Positions 1 to 9,529 of a DNA stretch of 64,000 bases are shown piece after piece (the stretch's first letter is position 1; the number at the start of each line of letters is the position of its first letter). The notes under the pieces were generated by a model, which saw nothing but the letters and a program-made list of their open reading frames with translations, made no database searches and was not told where the DNA came from. A program made the position numbers and the translations under genes. This stretch comes from Candidatus Aenigmatarchaeota archaeon (lineage in GTDB: Archaea; Aenigmatarchaeota; Aenigmatarchaeia; GW2011-AR5; JAGGXF01). The stretch spans positions 2,410 through 66,409 of the forward strand of contig JAGGVU010000019.1 of assembly GCA_021157845.1 (NCBI GenBank), in the 5' to 3' direction.

Positions 1-60
1 GGCATGTCATTAAAGGTCTTTTAAATAAATTTTATTTTCTGCCATATCTGATTAAAATTT

Positions 61-342
61 TTACTCTTTCTCAATTTCTGTCGGCATAGAAGTAGGTGTT
101 ATATGCTTCATTATCACTATGTCGCCTATTGATTCAATCATACCAAAAGGAATTACAACGCCCTTTTTATTTCCGACAATACTCTCCAGAAATGAATCTC
201 TGACAGCATCGACCACAAGTGAGCTTATTCTGAATTTCTCTAAGTCAAATATTAGGTCAGTTGATCTTCCGCAATATAGGCCCCTGGTTGTAAACACATC
301 CTTATCCATCATTTCTGATAATGCTTTTATAGTTATCGTCAT
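61..342 (-). CDS. PRC-barrel domain protein
   Basis: 93 aa with PRC-barrel pattern (LSEMMDKDVFTTRGLYCG...VIPFGMIESIGDIVIM). Confidence 0.8.
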   Translation of the reverse strand: MTITIKALSEMMDKDVFTTRGLYCGRSTDLIFDLEKFRISSLVVDAVRDSFLESIVGNKKGVVIPFGMIESIGDIVIMKHITPTSMPTEIEKE

Positions 343-467
343 AATTTATCTCCTCCAATAATTATATTTTTTTTCTATATCCCCAACCTTTAAATTATCT
401 ATATTCTATTTTGTTAATAAACATTTAAATCTTTTTAATCACCTTTTTAATCATTAGTTAAAAGAAA

Positions 468-636
468 GCTGGGGTAGCGAAGATCTTCGGATCGCAATCT
501 GGTTTAACGCGCAGGCCTGCTAACTAACCTCTTATGCAGTAAGTCTGTGGCCTTTGTGGCCCCGTGGGTTCAAACCACCCTTTCCACTGACGTGCAAAGC
601 GTGGACGGAAAGGATGTGAAATTCCCACCCCCAGCG
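468..636 (+). tRNA. tRNA-Ser(GCT) with three introns (D-loop ~482-498, 37/38 at 523-541, T-loop at 575-622)
   Basis: Acceptor GCTGGGG/CCCCAGC+G; spliced anticodon arm CAGGC CT GCT AA GTCTG; long variable arm; BHB motifs CTGC-TAA/GCAG-TAA and TTCA-AAC/TGAA-ATT; D-loop intron limits approximate. Confidence 0.9.
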
Positions 637-646
637 TATTTTAATC

Positions 647-719
647 GGGTCGGTGGTCTAGTGGTTATGACGCTGCCCTTACAAGGCAGAGATCGCAAGT
701 TCAATTCTTGCCCGACCCA
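647..719 (+). tRNA. tRNA-Val(TAC), intronless
   Basis: Complete cloverleaf; anticodon arm CTGCC CT TAC AA GGCAG. Confidence 0.97.
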
Positions 720-721
720 TT

Positions 722-775
722 CCAACCTTTAGAAAAGGTTAAACCAAAATAAACTTAAAAAAGTTTTATCAAAAA
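722..775. repeat. Two tandem copies of a short palindromic repeat (CCAACCTTTAGAAAAGGTT..ACCAAAA)
   Basis: 722-740 is identical to 1128-1146; degenerate second copy at 751-775. Confidence 0.7.
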
Positions 776-787
776 TATGGTGGTAAA

Positions 788-1096
788 ATGGCCAGTATAG
801 AGGAAGACGCAAAAAAGCTGAATATTCGTGGAATATTTACAACAGCCATAGTTTCAGCATTTTCATTTATTGCGGCATTATTTTGGAGAGATGCCATATC
901 CTCCACAATAGATGTGATACTGCCAAGTGGTGAAGGACTATATTATAAATATCTTGCAGCCGTCTTGGCAACAATTATAGCAGGCGTTGCTATTTATTTC
1001 ATATATAAGGCAGAAAAGCTCAAAGAAGAAAAATTTTTAAAAAGGCTACAGAAAATTAAAACAAAAAGTTATGTGAAATTAAAAAAGCTCCGGTAG
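788..1096 (+). CDS. Small two-TM membrane protein (DUF5654-like)
   Basis: AIVSAFSFIAALFWRDAI motif and two hydrophobic segments; stop codon lies inside tRNA-Glu. Confidence 0.7.
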   Translation: MASIEEDAKKLNIRGIFTTAIVSAFSFIAALFWRDAISSTIDVILPSGEGLYYKYLAAVLATIIAGVAIYFIYKAEKLKEEKFLKRLQKIKTKSYVKLKKLR

Positions 1097-1250
1097 TCTA
1101 GTCCGGTCAAGGATATCGGCCTTTCGACCAACCTTTAGAAAAGGTTGGACCAAAAAAAAGAAAGCCGACGACACGGGTTCAAACGAACCTTTTTAGAAAA
1201 AAGCTTCAATGGAAAAATCTGAAAAGGCTCTGAAATTCCCGTCCGGAGCA
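1087..1250 (+). tRNA. tRNA-Glu(TTC) with two introns (37/38 at 1127-1162, T-loop at 1184-1236)
   Basis: Acceptor GCTCCGG/CCGGAGC+A; spliced TCGGC CT TTC GA GCCGA; BHB CTTT-CGA/AAAG-AAA and TTCA-AAC/TGAA-ATT. Confidence 0.93.
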
Positions 1251-1260
1251 TTTTTTAGGC

Positions 1261-1688
1261 ATGATGACACAGCATGGAAAACAACTCTTTCCAGAACCAG
1301 TAGTTGGTGTATTAATTTTCAATACAGATGATGAGCTATTTCTGACGAAATCTCAATAAGTGGAAAAATGTCATTCCAGGAGGGCATATAGAACTGGATG
1401 AAAAGATCAAAGATGCCATTAAACGGTAAATTAAAGAAGAGACAGGATTAGATATTTTTGGCATCGAATTTATTTGTTTTCAGTTCATATTTGATGATGC
1501 TTTCTGGAAAAAGAGGCATTTCATTTTTAGACTACGCATGTAAAACAAAACCTAAAGAAATAATTTTGAATTCTGAGGAACAAGAATTTATTTGGATTGA
1601 TCCTAAAGAGGCCCTGAACTTGCCAGTTGAGACATATACAAAGAAAGCCATCGAAAAGTTTATTAAAAAATTTCCAAATGGATTTTAG
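1261..1688 (+). pseudogene. NUDIX hydrolase pseudogene
   Basis: Three frames join to FPEPVVGVLIFN...IPGGHIELDEKIKDAIKR*IKEETGL...FLDYACK; TAA replaces the Nudix-box Glu; two frameshifts. Confidence 0.85.
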
Positions 1689-1900
1689 TTAAATTATTTT
1701 AACCGATTTTTTATTAGATTTTGTGGGCTTGGCTCTAAAAATAGTTTTGACTTGAAATATTTTTTAAGCGCATAAGAAATTAGTCTTTTGTTGGGTTTAT
1801 AAATTTTTTAACGCAAGTCGACAATATTTGTTTTATTAAAATAACAATGTATTAGAATAACTATAACATATTTAAAATTCCTTAAGATATGTTTATTCAC

Positions 1901-2085
1901 GCGGGGATGGCCGAGTCTGGTCAAACCAGCTTTTAAAAAAGTTCGACCAAAAAATTTGGATCAAACCTTTTCAAAAGGGCTGTGTTACAGAAAAAGGTGC
2001 AAGGTTGAGGGCCTTGTCGGTTAGAGATTGGTGCTTTTGCGCCTTTCAGCAAATCCGTTCGTGAGTTCAAATCTCACTCCCCGCA
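1901..2085 (+). tRNA. tRNA-Leu(GAG) with two introns (D-loop 1922-1993, variable arm ~2025-2053)
   Basis: Acceptor GCGGGGA/TCCCCGC+A; anticodon arm CAAGG TT GAG GG CCTTG; BHB TCTG-GTC/CAGA-AAA; variable-arm insert has only a relaxed BHB. Confidence 0.9.
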
Positions 2086-2108
2086 TTAATAAAAATCGAG
2101 GTTAATTT

Positions 2109-3221
2109 ATGAGTATGCATTCATATAGCGATGACAACGAAGCAAATATCCTTAGCAGGACAGACAATTTTCCTATTCGTTATATTGGTCATATTCATAA
2201 CGGAAAGGTCAGATCTGTTTATTGGCTTTCTCATGAGGACAGCAAAAGAATTATTGACGAGTATAATTACGAAGATATTCATCCAGAATCAAATCTTGGG
2301 GTAATGATTATAAGTGATAGAATATCGGCCTTTAATGTTAACTGGGCTGGCGAGAATGGATATGGGGTTTCTGGTAAAGGGGCATCACTTAATGCCATAT
2401 CAGAATATTGGCTTGGTAAAATATCTGAGCAAGGAATTGCTGAGCATCATATTTTAGATACACCACATCCATTGGTTTGGATTGTGAAGAAGGCCCAACC
2501 AATTAAGATTGAGGCGATTGCAAGACAATATATAACTGGAAGTATGTGGAGAGCATATGAGAGAGGAGAAAGAACCTTCTGCGGCATTTCATTGCCAGAA
2601 GGTCTTGAGAAAAACCAGCGGCTGGACGAACTTTTAATCACGCCAACTACGAAAGGAGTTGTTAGGGAATTGGTGGGTGTTCCTGCAAAGGATGATACGC
2701 CAATTACAAGAAAACAGATTGAAAATAATTATTTTAGGTTGAATTTTTATTCTCCAGAAGATATTGACCATTATGAAACGATAGTCAGAGATGCATTTGG
2801 TTTGATGAATAAAGAACTCTTAGATAAGGAACAAATTCTTGCTGATACAAAGTTTGAGTTTGGATATGTCAGAAAAGAAGATGGGATAGAAATGATTTGT
2901 ATAGACGAAGTCGGGACCCCTGACTCCTCAAGAATGTGGGATAAAGAAAAATACGAGCGAGGAATAATAGAAGAGCGTTCAAAAGAATATTTCAGAAAAT
3001 TTTTGCTTAACAAATTTGGAAAAGATGTGACCAGAACGAAGGTGGCTAAAAAATTAGCAAAAAATTATAAAGTTCCATCAGATGTTTTTGCCGAAGTTTC
3101 GGAGATTTATAGAAAAATGGCAAAAGATATAACTGGAAAAAATATTCCGAATATAAAGAATGCAAGACAAGAAGTGATTGATTCTCTTAAACCTTATGGA
3201 ATTATCAAGAATTTTCAATAA
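2109..3221 (+). CDS. purC: SAICAR synthetase, long (Vibrio-type) form
   Basis: HNGKVRSVY, SDRISAF, IEAIARQYITGS, TPTTKG, DTKFEFG, DEVGTPDSSR motifs; 370 aa. Confidence 0.93.
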   Translation: MSMHSYSDDNEANILSRTDNFPIRYIGHIHNGKVRSVYWLSHEDSKRIIDEYNYEDIHPESNLGVMIISDRISAFNVNWAGENGYGVSGKGASLNAISEYWLGKISEQGIAEHHILDTPHPLVWIVKKAQPIKIEAIARQYITGSMWRAYERGERTFCGISLPEGLEKNQRLDELLITPTTKGVVRELVGVPAKDDTPITRKQIENNYFRLNFYSPEDIDHYETIVRDAFGLMNKELLDKEQILADTKFEFGYVRKEDGIEMICIDEVGTPDSSRMWDKEKYERGIIEERSKEYFRKFLLNKFGKDVTRTKVAKKLAKNYKVPSDVFAEVSEIYRKMAKDITGKNIPNIKNARQEVIDSLKPYGIIKNFQ

Positions 3222-3277
3222 ATTACTGCAAATATAATTATATCAGAGGATTGAAATTTATTATATAGAAAAGTTAG

Positions 3278-3562
3278 TTATCTAAATTTATCTAAATAAT
3301 TATTGAGTTTCTCTATTCCATTTCCAAAATTCTTTCTATAACAATCTTGACGTCTTAAATTTAATTTCTTTTCTAAATCTCCAACATCGATTTTACCTTC
3401 GATAAAGCTATTTATTGCATTTGTTTTTTCTTTGGGATATTTTCTAATTTCTGCAGCTTTGTGCATCCCTTTTTGAAGTTCTTCATTTAATTCTTTATAT
3501 TTCTTTTCGGCTTCCTTTGATAACATAAATATATTTAAAATCAGCGAAGCTGATTTTAACAT
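3278..3562 (-). CDS. Hypothetical protein
   Basis: Sole ORF in the gap, K/E-rich; start uncertain. Confidence 0.45.
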   Translation of the reverse strand: MLKSASLILNIFMLSKEAEKKYKELNEELQKGMHKAAEIRKYPKEKTNAINSFIEGKIDVGDLEKKLNLRRQDCYRKNFGNGIEKLNNYLDKFR

Positions 3563-3681
3563 ATCAAAATCGAATTTATAAATATCGTAAATTTAATTCG
3601 ATTTAAATATATTAATCCCACGAAGTATTTAAATTATTTTTACTGTTATTTAATATTAATGTAAATTTTTGACGTGATTAT

Positions 3682-3951
3682 ATGGCTAGGGTAAGTGTGT
3701 TTATTTACGGTCGAGTTCAGGGTGTTTTTTATAGAGATTTTGTACAGAAGAATGCAAATCGTTTGGGTTTGACCGGATGGGTAAAGAATCTTGCAGATGG
3801 CCGCGTTGAGGCAGAGCTAGAAGGAGATAAAGAGGTGATAGAGAAAATGCTTATGTTGATGAGACAAGGCCCAGCAGCCGCGAGAGTTGACAGTCTAGAA
3901 ACAACTTGGATAAAAGAAAAAGGAGATGACGCATTTAAGATAATCTATTAA
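3682..3951 (+). CDS. acyP: Acylphosphatase
   Basis: GRVQGVFYR and GWVKNLADGRVE signatures. Confidence 0.95.
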   Translation: MARVSVFIYGRVQGVFYRDFVQKNANRLGLTGWVKNLADGRVEAELEGDKEVIEKMLMLMRQGPAAARVDSLETTWIKEKGDDAFKIIY

Positions 3952-3984
3952 GTTTAAATGTTTTATTATTTATTTTTAGTTTAT

Positions 3985-4207
3985 GGCCGCGATGGTGTAG
4001 CTAAGTCCCTTTTCGTAAAGAAACAAGTGGTTCTTACAAAGAGGGGCTCTACAATGGTTAGCACAAAGGACTGTGGCAATCCTTTTTGACTTCGCCAGAC
4101 AAAAGAAAGGGTTGCAGACATCCTTTAGGCTGGGTTCAAACGAACCTTTTTAGAAAAAAGCTTCAATGGAAAAATCTGAAAAGGCTCTGAAATTCCCAGT
4201 CGCGGCC
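3985..4207 (+). tRNA. tRNA-His(GTG) with encoded G-1 and three introns (D-loop 4003-4054, 37/38 at 4077-4119, T-loop 4141-4193)
   Basis: G+GCCGCGA/TCGCGGC+C; spliced AAGGA CT GTG GA TCCTT; three BHB motifs (GTAG/CTAC, CTGT/GCAG, TTCA/TGAA). Confidence 0.93.
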
Positions 4208-4312
4208 TTTCTTTCTGAACAACGTTTAATACTATCAATTTTTTTCAAATTAAATATAGTCAGCTTGTGTATGGCTATCAAAATAACCTATTAAATTTTT
4301 GGGTAGCCAAAC

Positions 4313-4327
4313 GAAAACTATTTAAGC
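4313..4327 (+). promoter_or_regulatory. Probable BRE/TATA promoter of the rRNA operon
   Basis: CGAAAACTATTTAAG upstream of a structured leader. Confidence 0.5.
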
Positions 4328-4817
4328 ATTGCCTTCCAAATAAACCATGCTACACTTTGGCGTTTGTTAAGATTTAAGCAGCTTTTGCTTAAAGATGAAG
4401 AACAGTTACCTTTTGTAGTAGAAGTTATGAAGATCTGAATTTATATTTAGGTCAGATATAGTCAAGTAGGTGTTTAACAATATCCGTTAGTAGAACTTCG
4501 TCAATTCCGGTTGATCCCGCCGGAGGTTACTGCTATCAGGATTCGATTAACCCATGCAAGGTTTTGAGATTGACATTCTGTCAAGATCAAACCGAACTGC
4601 TCAGTAACACGTAGTTAATCTGCCCTTAGGTCAGATATAACCTCGGGAAACTGAGGATAATATCTGATAGGAAAAAGATACTGGAAGGTTCTTTTTCTGA
4701 AAGCTTCGGCGCCTAAGGATGAGACTGCGGCGGATTAGCTTGTTGTTGGGGTAAAAGCCCAACAAGGCTATAATCCGTACGGGTCGTGAGAGCGATAGCC
4801 CGGAGATGGATTCTGAG

Positions 4818-4861
4818 ATTTGAAATGAGCGGAATTAATTTATCCGTTCTTCAAACAGAAA
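4818..4861 (+). other. 16S short BHB intron (44 nt)
   Basis: TCTG-AGA hairpin CAGA-AAA; removal restores GGATTCTGAGACATGAATCC. Confidence 0.88.
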
Positions 4862-5024
4862 ACATGAATCCAGGCTCTACGGAGCGCAGCAGGGGCGAAA
4901 CCTTCACAATGCCTGAAAGGGTGATGAGGGAATCCTGAGTGATTTGGCACTGCCAAGTCTTTTGTCTACTCTAAAAAGGTAGACGAATAAGTGGTGGGTA
5001 AGACGGTTGCCAGCCGCCGCGGTA

Positions 5025-5058
5025 ATTCGAATAAACGTAGTGCGTATTCGAACCGCAA
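5025..5058 (+). other. 16S short BHB intron (34 nt) in the 530 loop
   Basis: GCGG-TAA hairpin CCGC-AAA; restores GCCGCGGTAATAACC. Confidence 0.9.
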
Positions 5059-5253
5059 ATAACCGCGCCACGAGTGGTAATCTCGTTTATTGGGCCTAAA
5101 GCGTTCGTAGCTGGTTTGTTAAGTTTCTGATGAAATCTACTAGTAAACTAGTAGGCTCGTCGGAGATACTAACAAACTAGGGACCGGGAGACGTCGAGGG
5201 TACTCTTGGGGTAGGGGTAAAATCCTTTAATCCTAAGAGGACCACCTGTGGCG

Positions 5254-5285
5254 TAAATTTTTGGATTAGCCAAAAATTTCCAAAC
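5254..5285 (+). other. 16S short BHB intron (32 nt)
   Basis: Hairpin AAATTTTTGG/CCAAAAATTT; restores GTGGCGAAGGCG; one mismatch in the central helix. Confidence 0.85.
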
Positions 5286-5452
5286 AAGGCGCTCGACGAG
5301 AACGGGTCCGACAGTGAGGGACGAAAGCTAGGGGAGCGACTGGGATTAGATACCCCATTAGTCCTAGCTGTAAACGATGCCCGCTTGGTGTTGCATATCT
5401 CTTGTGGATATGCAGTGCCGGAGCGAAGGTGTTAAGCGGGCCGCCTGGGGAG

Positions 5453-5514
5453 AGAAAGGTCGCAGCATTTAGTTTAAGAAAAAAATAAATTAAGTCGCGT
5501 GGCCTTTCCCCAAA
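5453..5514 (+). other. 16S short BHB intron (62 nt)
   Basis: GAAAGG/CCTTTC stem; restores CCTGGGGAGTACGGCCGCAAGG. Confidence 0.87.
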
Positions 5515-5710
5515 TACGGCCGCAAGGCTGAAACTTAAGGGAATTGGCGGGGGAGCACTACAAGGGGTGGAGGCTGCGGTTTAATTGGATTCAACGCCGG
5601 GAACCTTACCAGAAAAGACAGCAGTATGATGGTCAGTCTGAAGGGCTTACCTGACACGCTGAGAGGTGTTGCATGGCCGTCGTCAGCTCGTGCCGTGAGG
5701 TGTCCTGTTA

Positions 5711-5743
5711 AACCTTTAGAGCCCAAACTCTAGAGGTACAGAT
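5711..5743 (+). other. 16S short BHB intron (33 nt), ~E. coli 1092/1093
   Basis: CTGT-TAA hairpin ACAG-ATA; restores TCCTGTTAAGTCAGG. Confidence 0.9.
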
Positions 5744-5927
5744 AGTCAGGAAACGAGCGAGACCTGTGTCACTATTTGCTATTACTCTGTCCGCAGAGTA
5801 AGCACTTTAGTGAGACTGCTTCTGCTAAAGAAGAGGAAGGTACAGGCAACGGCAGGTCTGTATGGCCCGAATTTTCTGGGTTACACGCGGCCTACAATGC
5901 GTAGAACAACGGGATGCAACCCTGAAA

Positions 5928-5956
5928 TCATTTGTGCTTTTGCACATATGTCAGTT
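5928..5956 (+). other. 16S short BHB intron (29 nt)
   Basis: CTGA-AAT hairpin TCAG-TTA; restores CCCTGAAAAGGG. Confidence 0.85.
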
Positions 5957-6050
5957 AGGGAAGCTAAACCCTTAAATCTACGCCTAGTTCGGATCGAGGG
6001 CTGCAACTTGCCCTCGTGAAGCTGGAATCCCTAGTAAGCAGAAGTCATCA

Positions 6051-6094
6051 AACAATACTTCAGAAGCACTGATGCTTTGGAAGATTGTGTGGAG
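6051..6094 (+). other. 16S short BHB intron (44 nt)
   Basis: TCAT-CAA hairpin GTGG-AGT; restores GCAGAAGTCATCATCTTTTGC. Confidence 0.83.
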
Positions 6095-6102
6095 TCTTTT
6101 GC

Positions 6103-6140
<38 letters not shown>

Positions 6141-6230
6141 GCCATCTGAGTGGAGCTTTGGTGAGGCTTGTTCTAAAGTTGATTTTCAACTAATTGTACA
6201 AGTCGAACCAGAGCCCTACAAGGAGGGCTA

Positions 6231-6266
6231 ACTTCAAAAGAAGCTTTAAATCTTTTGGGGGCCTAT
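6231..6266 (+). other. 16S short BHB intron (36 nt) at ~A1492/A1493
   Basis: GGGC-TAA hairpin GCCT-ATA; restores GGGCTAAGTCGT. Confidence 0.9.
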
Positions 6267-6273
6267 AGTCGTA

Positions 6274-7096
<823 letters not shown>

Positions 7097-7188
7097 AATT
7101 TCTAACATCAAACGCCAAAGGTTCGACGTTAGAAATAGTGTGCCTGCTTACGGATTGTTAAAAAATACCTACTTGGCTGTATCTTAAA

Positions 7189-7332
7189 GGGCCGGTAGAT
7201 CAATGGAATGTCCTTTCCGCTTCGCGGAAATGCGTTAAAGATCGCTACCCTTGCACTGCATTAAAACAATTATAAGGTTTGGACTGTCTACAGGTTAGGT
7301 AGAGGTTGTGGGTTCAAGTCCCATCCGGTCCA
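7189..7332 (+). tRNA. Spacer tRNA-Ala(TGC) with two introns (D-loop 7208-7238, 37/38 at 7256-7296)
   Basis: GGGCCGG/CCGGTCC+A with G3-U70; spliced CTACC CT TGC AA GGTAG; BHB AATG/CGTT and CTTG/CAGG. Confidence 0.93.
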
Positions 7333-8287
7333 TATGCAGCCTGCCAGCGCAGCTGGTGGGTGAAGTGTTAGATAATGCTTATAGCATTATCAATGAAACA
7401 ATCATAGGTTCAGTTGGAAAGATAGTTAGCTTCCTATATCATCTGGTGGATAACTTGGCTTAGCAACTGATGAAGGTCCTGGCAAGCTGGGATATGTCTA
7501 GGCGAGGCGCATGCAGCCTTAGAACCTAGAATTGCCGAATAGGACATCCTACCCTTTTGGGTACTCACATACGTGAGAAGCAACGCAGGGGATTGAAACA
7601 TCTTAGTACCTGCAGGAAAAGAAAGAAAAAAAATAGATATATGTAGATTTTATCTATATATATCTGACTCGATGCTGTTAGTAAGGGCGACCGAAAGCAG
7701 CACAGAACAAACCGAATCCTTTTTGGAAACAAAAAGGAGATGTGGGGTTGTAGGACCTGCTTCAGCCTAACTAACAAAGTCGAAATCTTTTGGAATAAAG
7801 TGCCAAAGAGGGTGAAAGCCCCGTAGACGTACGTTAGAAGGCCGATATGCAGAGTTCCTGAGTATGGCTGGCTGGATTGCCAGTCAAAATCTGGGAGTCA
7901 TCTACTCCCAATTCTAAATATTTGCTAAGTCCGATAGTGCACTAGTACCGTGAGGGAAAGTTGAAAAGCATCCGTAAAAGGAGTTGAAAAGAGCTTGAAA
8001 CCAGATGGTTACAGTTAGATGGATAGCTTCTGCTTATGCAGAGGTGAACCATCGTCCGTTTTGAAAAACGGGGCAGGGAGTTCATCTTTGTGGCAAGGCG
8101 AAAGCCATAGCGAAAGCGATTGTTCGTAGCTTGCGAAGAACACCGTATGAAAGTGCGGCTAGTCACAAGGATGAGACCAGAAACCAGATGATCTATTCCT
8201 GGGCAGGATGAAATCTTGGGAAACCAAGATGAAAGTCCGCAACCGTTGATGTCGCATACTCTCGGGTGACCTGGGAATAGGGGTGAA

Positions 8288-8334
8288 ATTCGAAGATTAA
8301 ATATCATTTGTAGTTGATAGTCTTCGAACACCAA
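8288..8334 (+). other. 23S short BHB intron (47 nt)
   Basis: GGTG-AAA hairpin CACC-AAA; restores GGGGTGAAAAGCCAATCG. Confidence 0.9.
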
Positions 8335-8680
8335 AAGCCAATCGAATCTGGTGATAGCTGGTTCCTTCCGAAATGTACCTTAGTACAGCCTGCTCTCTAT
8401 AGTCAATGGGGTAGAGTTACTGATTAGATAACCAAGGGAAGAGATTCCCAGTTATCTTGTCAAACTCCGAATCTATTGACATAATAGGAGCAGAGTGAGT
8501 GTATCGGAGTAATTTTGATACACAAGAGGGAAACAACCCAGACTAAAGTTAAGGTCCCTAAATATTGGTTAAGTGTTTTGAAGGTTGTTTTGAACTTAAG
8601 ACAGCGGGGAGGTTGGCTTAGAAGCAGCCATCCTTTAAACAACGCGTAATAGCGGACCCGTCAAAGTTCAAAGCGCTGAA

Positions 8681-8726
8681 AATAGGCAAATAAACAAAGT
8701 TTATTTGTAATTTTGCCTATCAGCAA
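8681..8726 (+). other. 23S short BHB intron (46 nt)
   Basis: GCTG-AAA hairpin CAGC-AAA; restores GCGCTGAAAATAGGCGGGGC. Confidence 0.88.
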
Positions 8727-9227
8727 AATAGGCGGGGCTAAACCAATTACCGATACTTTAGAAATGTTGTTTAACAACATTTGGTAGGAAGGCGTCCTGT
8801 AAGGGTAGAAGCTATTCTGTAAAGAATAGCGGACCTTATAGGAATGATAATCCTGTCGGGAGTAGCAAGAAGCTGGATTAAAATTCCAGTCGCTGAGAGA
8901 GCAAGGGTTCCCCAGTAAAGTTTATCTGCTGGGGGTTAGTCGGTCCTAAGGCCTTGCTTAACTGACAAGGTCGAAAGGGAAATCGGTTAATATTCCGATA
9001 CTGCTTACCATTTGCTATCCCTTCTTTTAAGTTTTTGGATATTCTGACTGCAGTCATCGCTGTAGCTAACTGTTGAAGCTGGGGGAGTGTTGTAATGACG
9101 AGAACCCAGTGAATGCAGGAATGGGGCGCTGTATAGTGCCTTCAGAAAAGTCCAAGAACCGATGAAAATATAGAAGGTAGAATGATAAGCATCCGTACCG
9201 AGAACCAATACAGGTGCTCTCGCTGAA

Positions 9228-9269
9228 ACTTGAAGGAGCAACCTAATTTTGTTTCTCTTCAAGCAGCAA
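9228..9269 (+). other. 23S short BHB intron (42 nt)
   Basis: GCTG-AAA, CTTGAAG/CTTCAAG stem, CAGC-AAA. Confidence 0.87.
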
Positions 9270-9529
9270 AAGGCGATGGCGTTCGGGATAATCTAGTTTA
9301 GGGAATTCGGCAAATTGGTCCTGTATCTTTGGTAGAAGGGATGCCTGACTAGAGGTAGTCAGGTCGCAGTGACAAGGAAAACCCGACTGTTTAATAAAAA
9401 CATAGTTGGCTGCTAAATCGAAAGGTTTTGTATAGCCAATGAGTCGTGGCCACTGGCGGTGTGTGATATCTGGTTTCAACCAGAAGAAGCCCCGCTGTAG
9501 GCCGGCCCTAACTCTGAGGGTCTTAAGGT

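Noticed and set aside
547..732. 61-aa ORF
   Set aside because: Lies across tRNA-Ser and tRNA-Val
722..1250. Palindromic repeats as a CRISPR array
   Set aside because: Irregular spacing, copies inside tRNAs, no cas genes
1458..1688. 76-aa ORF as a stand-alone gene
   Set aside because: It is the 3' fragment of the NUDIX pseudogene
6170..6198. AT-rich hairpin at the tip of 16S helix 44 as a tenth intron
   Set aside because: No convincing 4-bp central helix and the region is naturally variable; unresolved
7633..7666. Long AT hairpin in 23S domain I as an intron
   Set aside because: The bases after the hairpin do not complement the upstream exon, so no BHB; more likely an expansion segment
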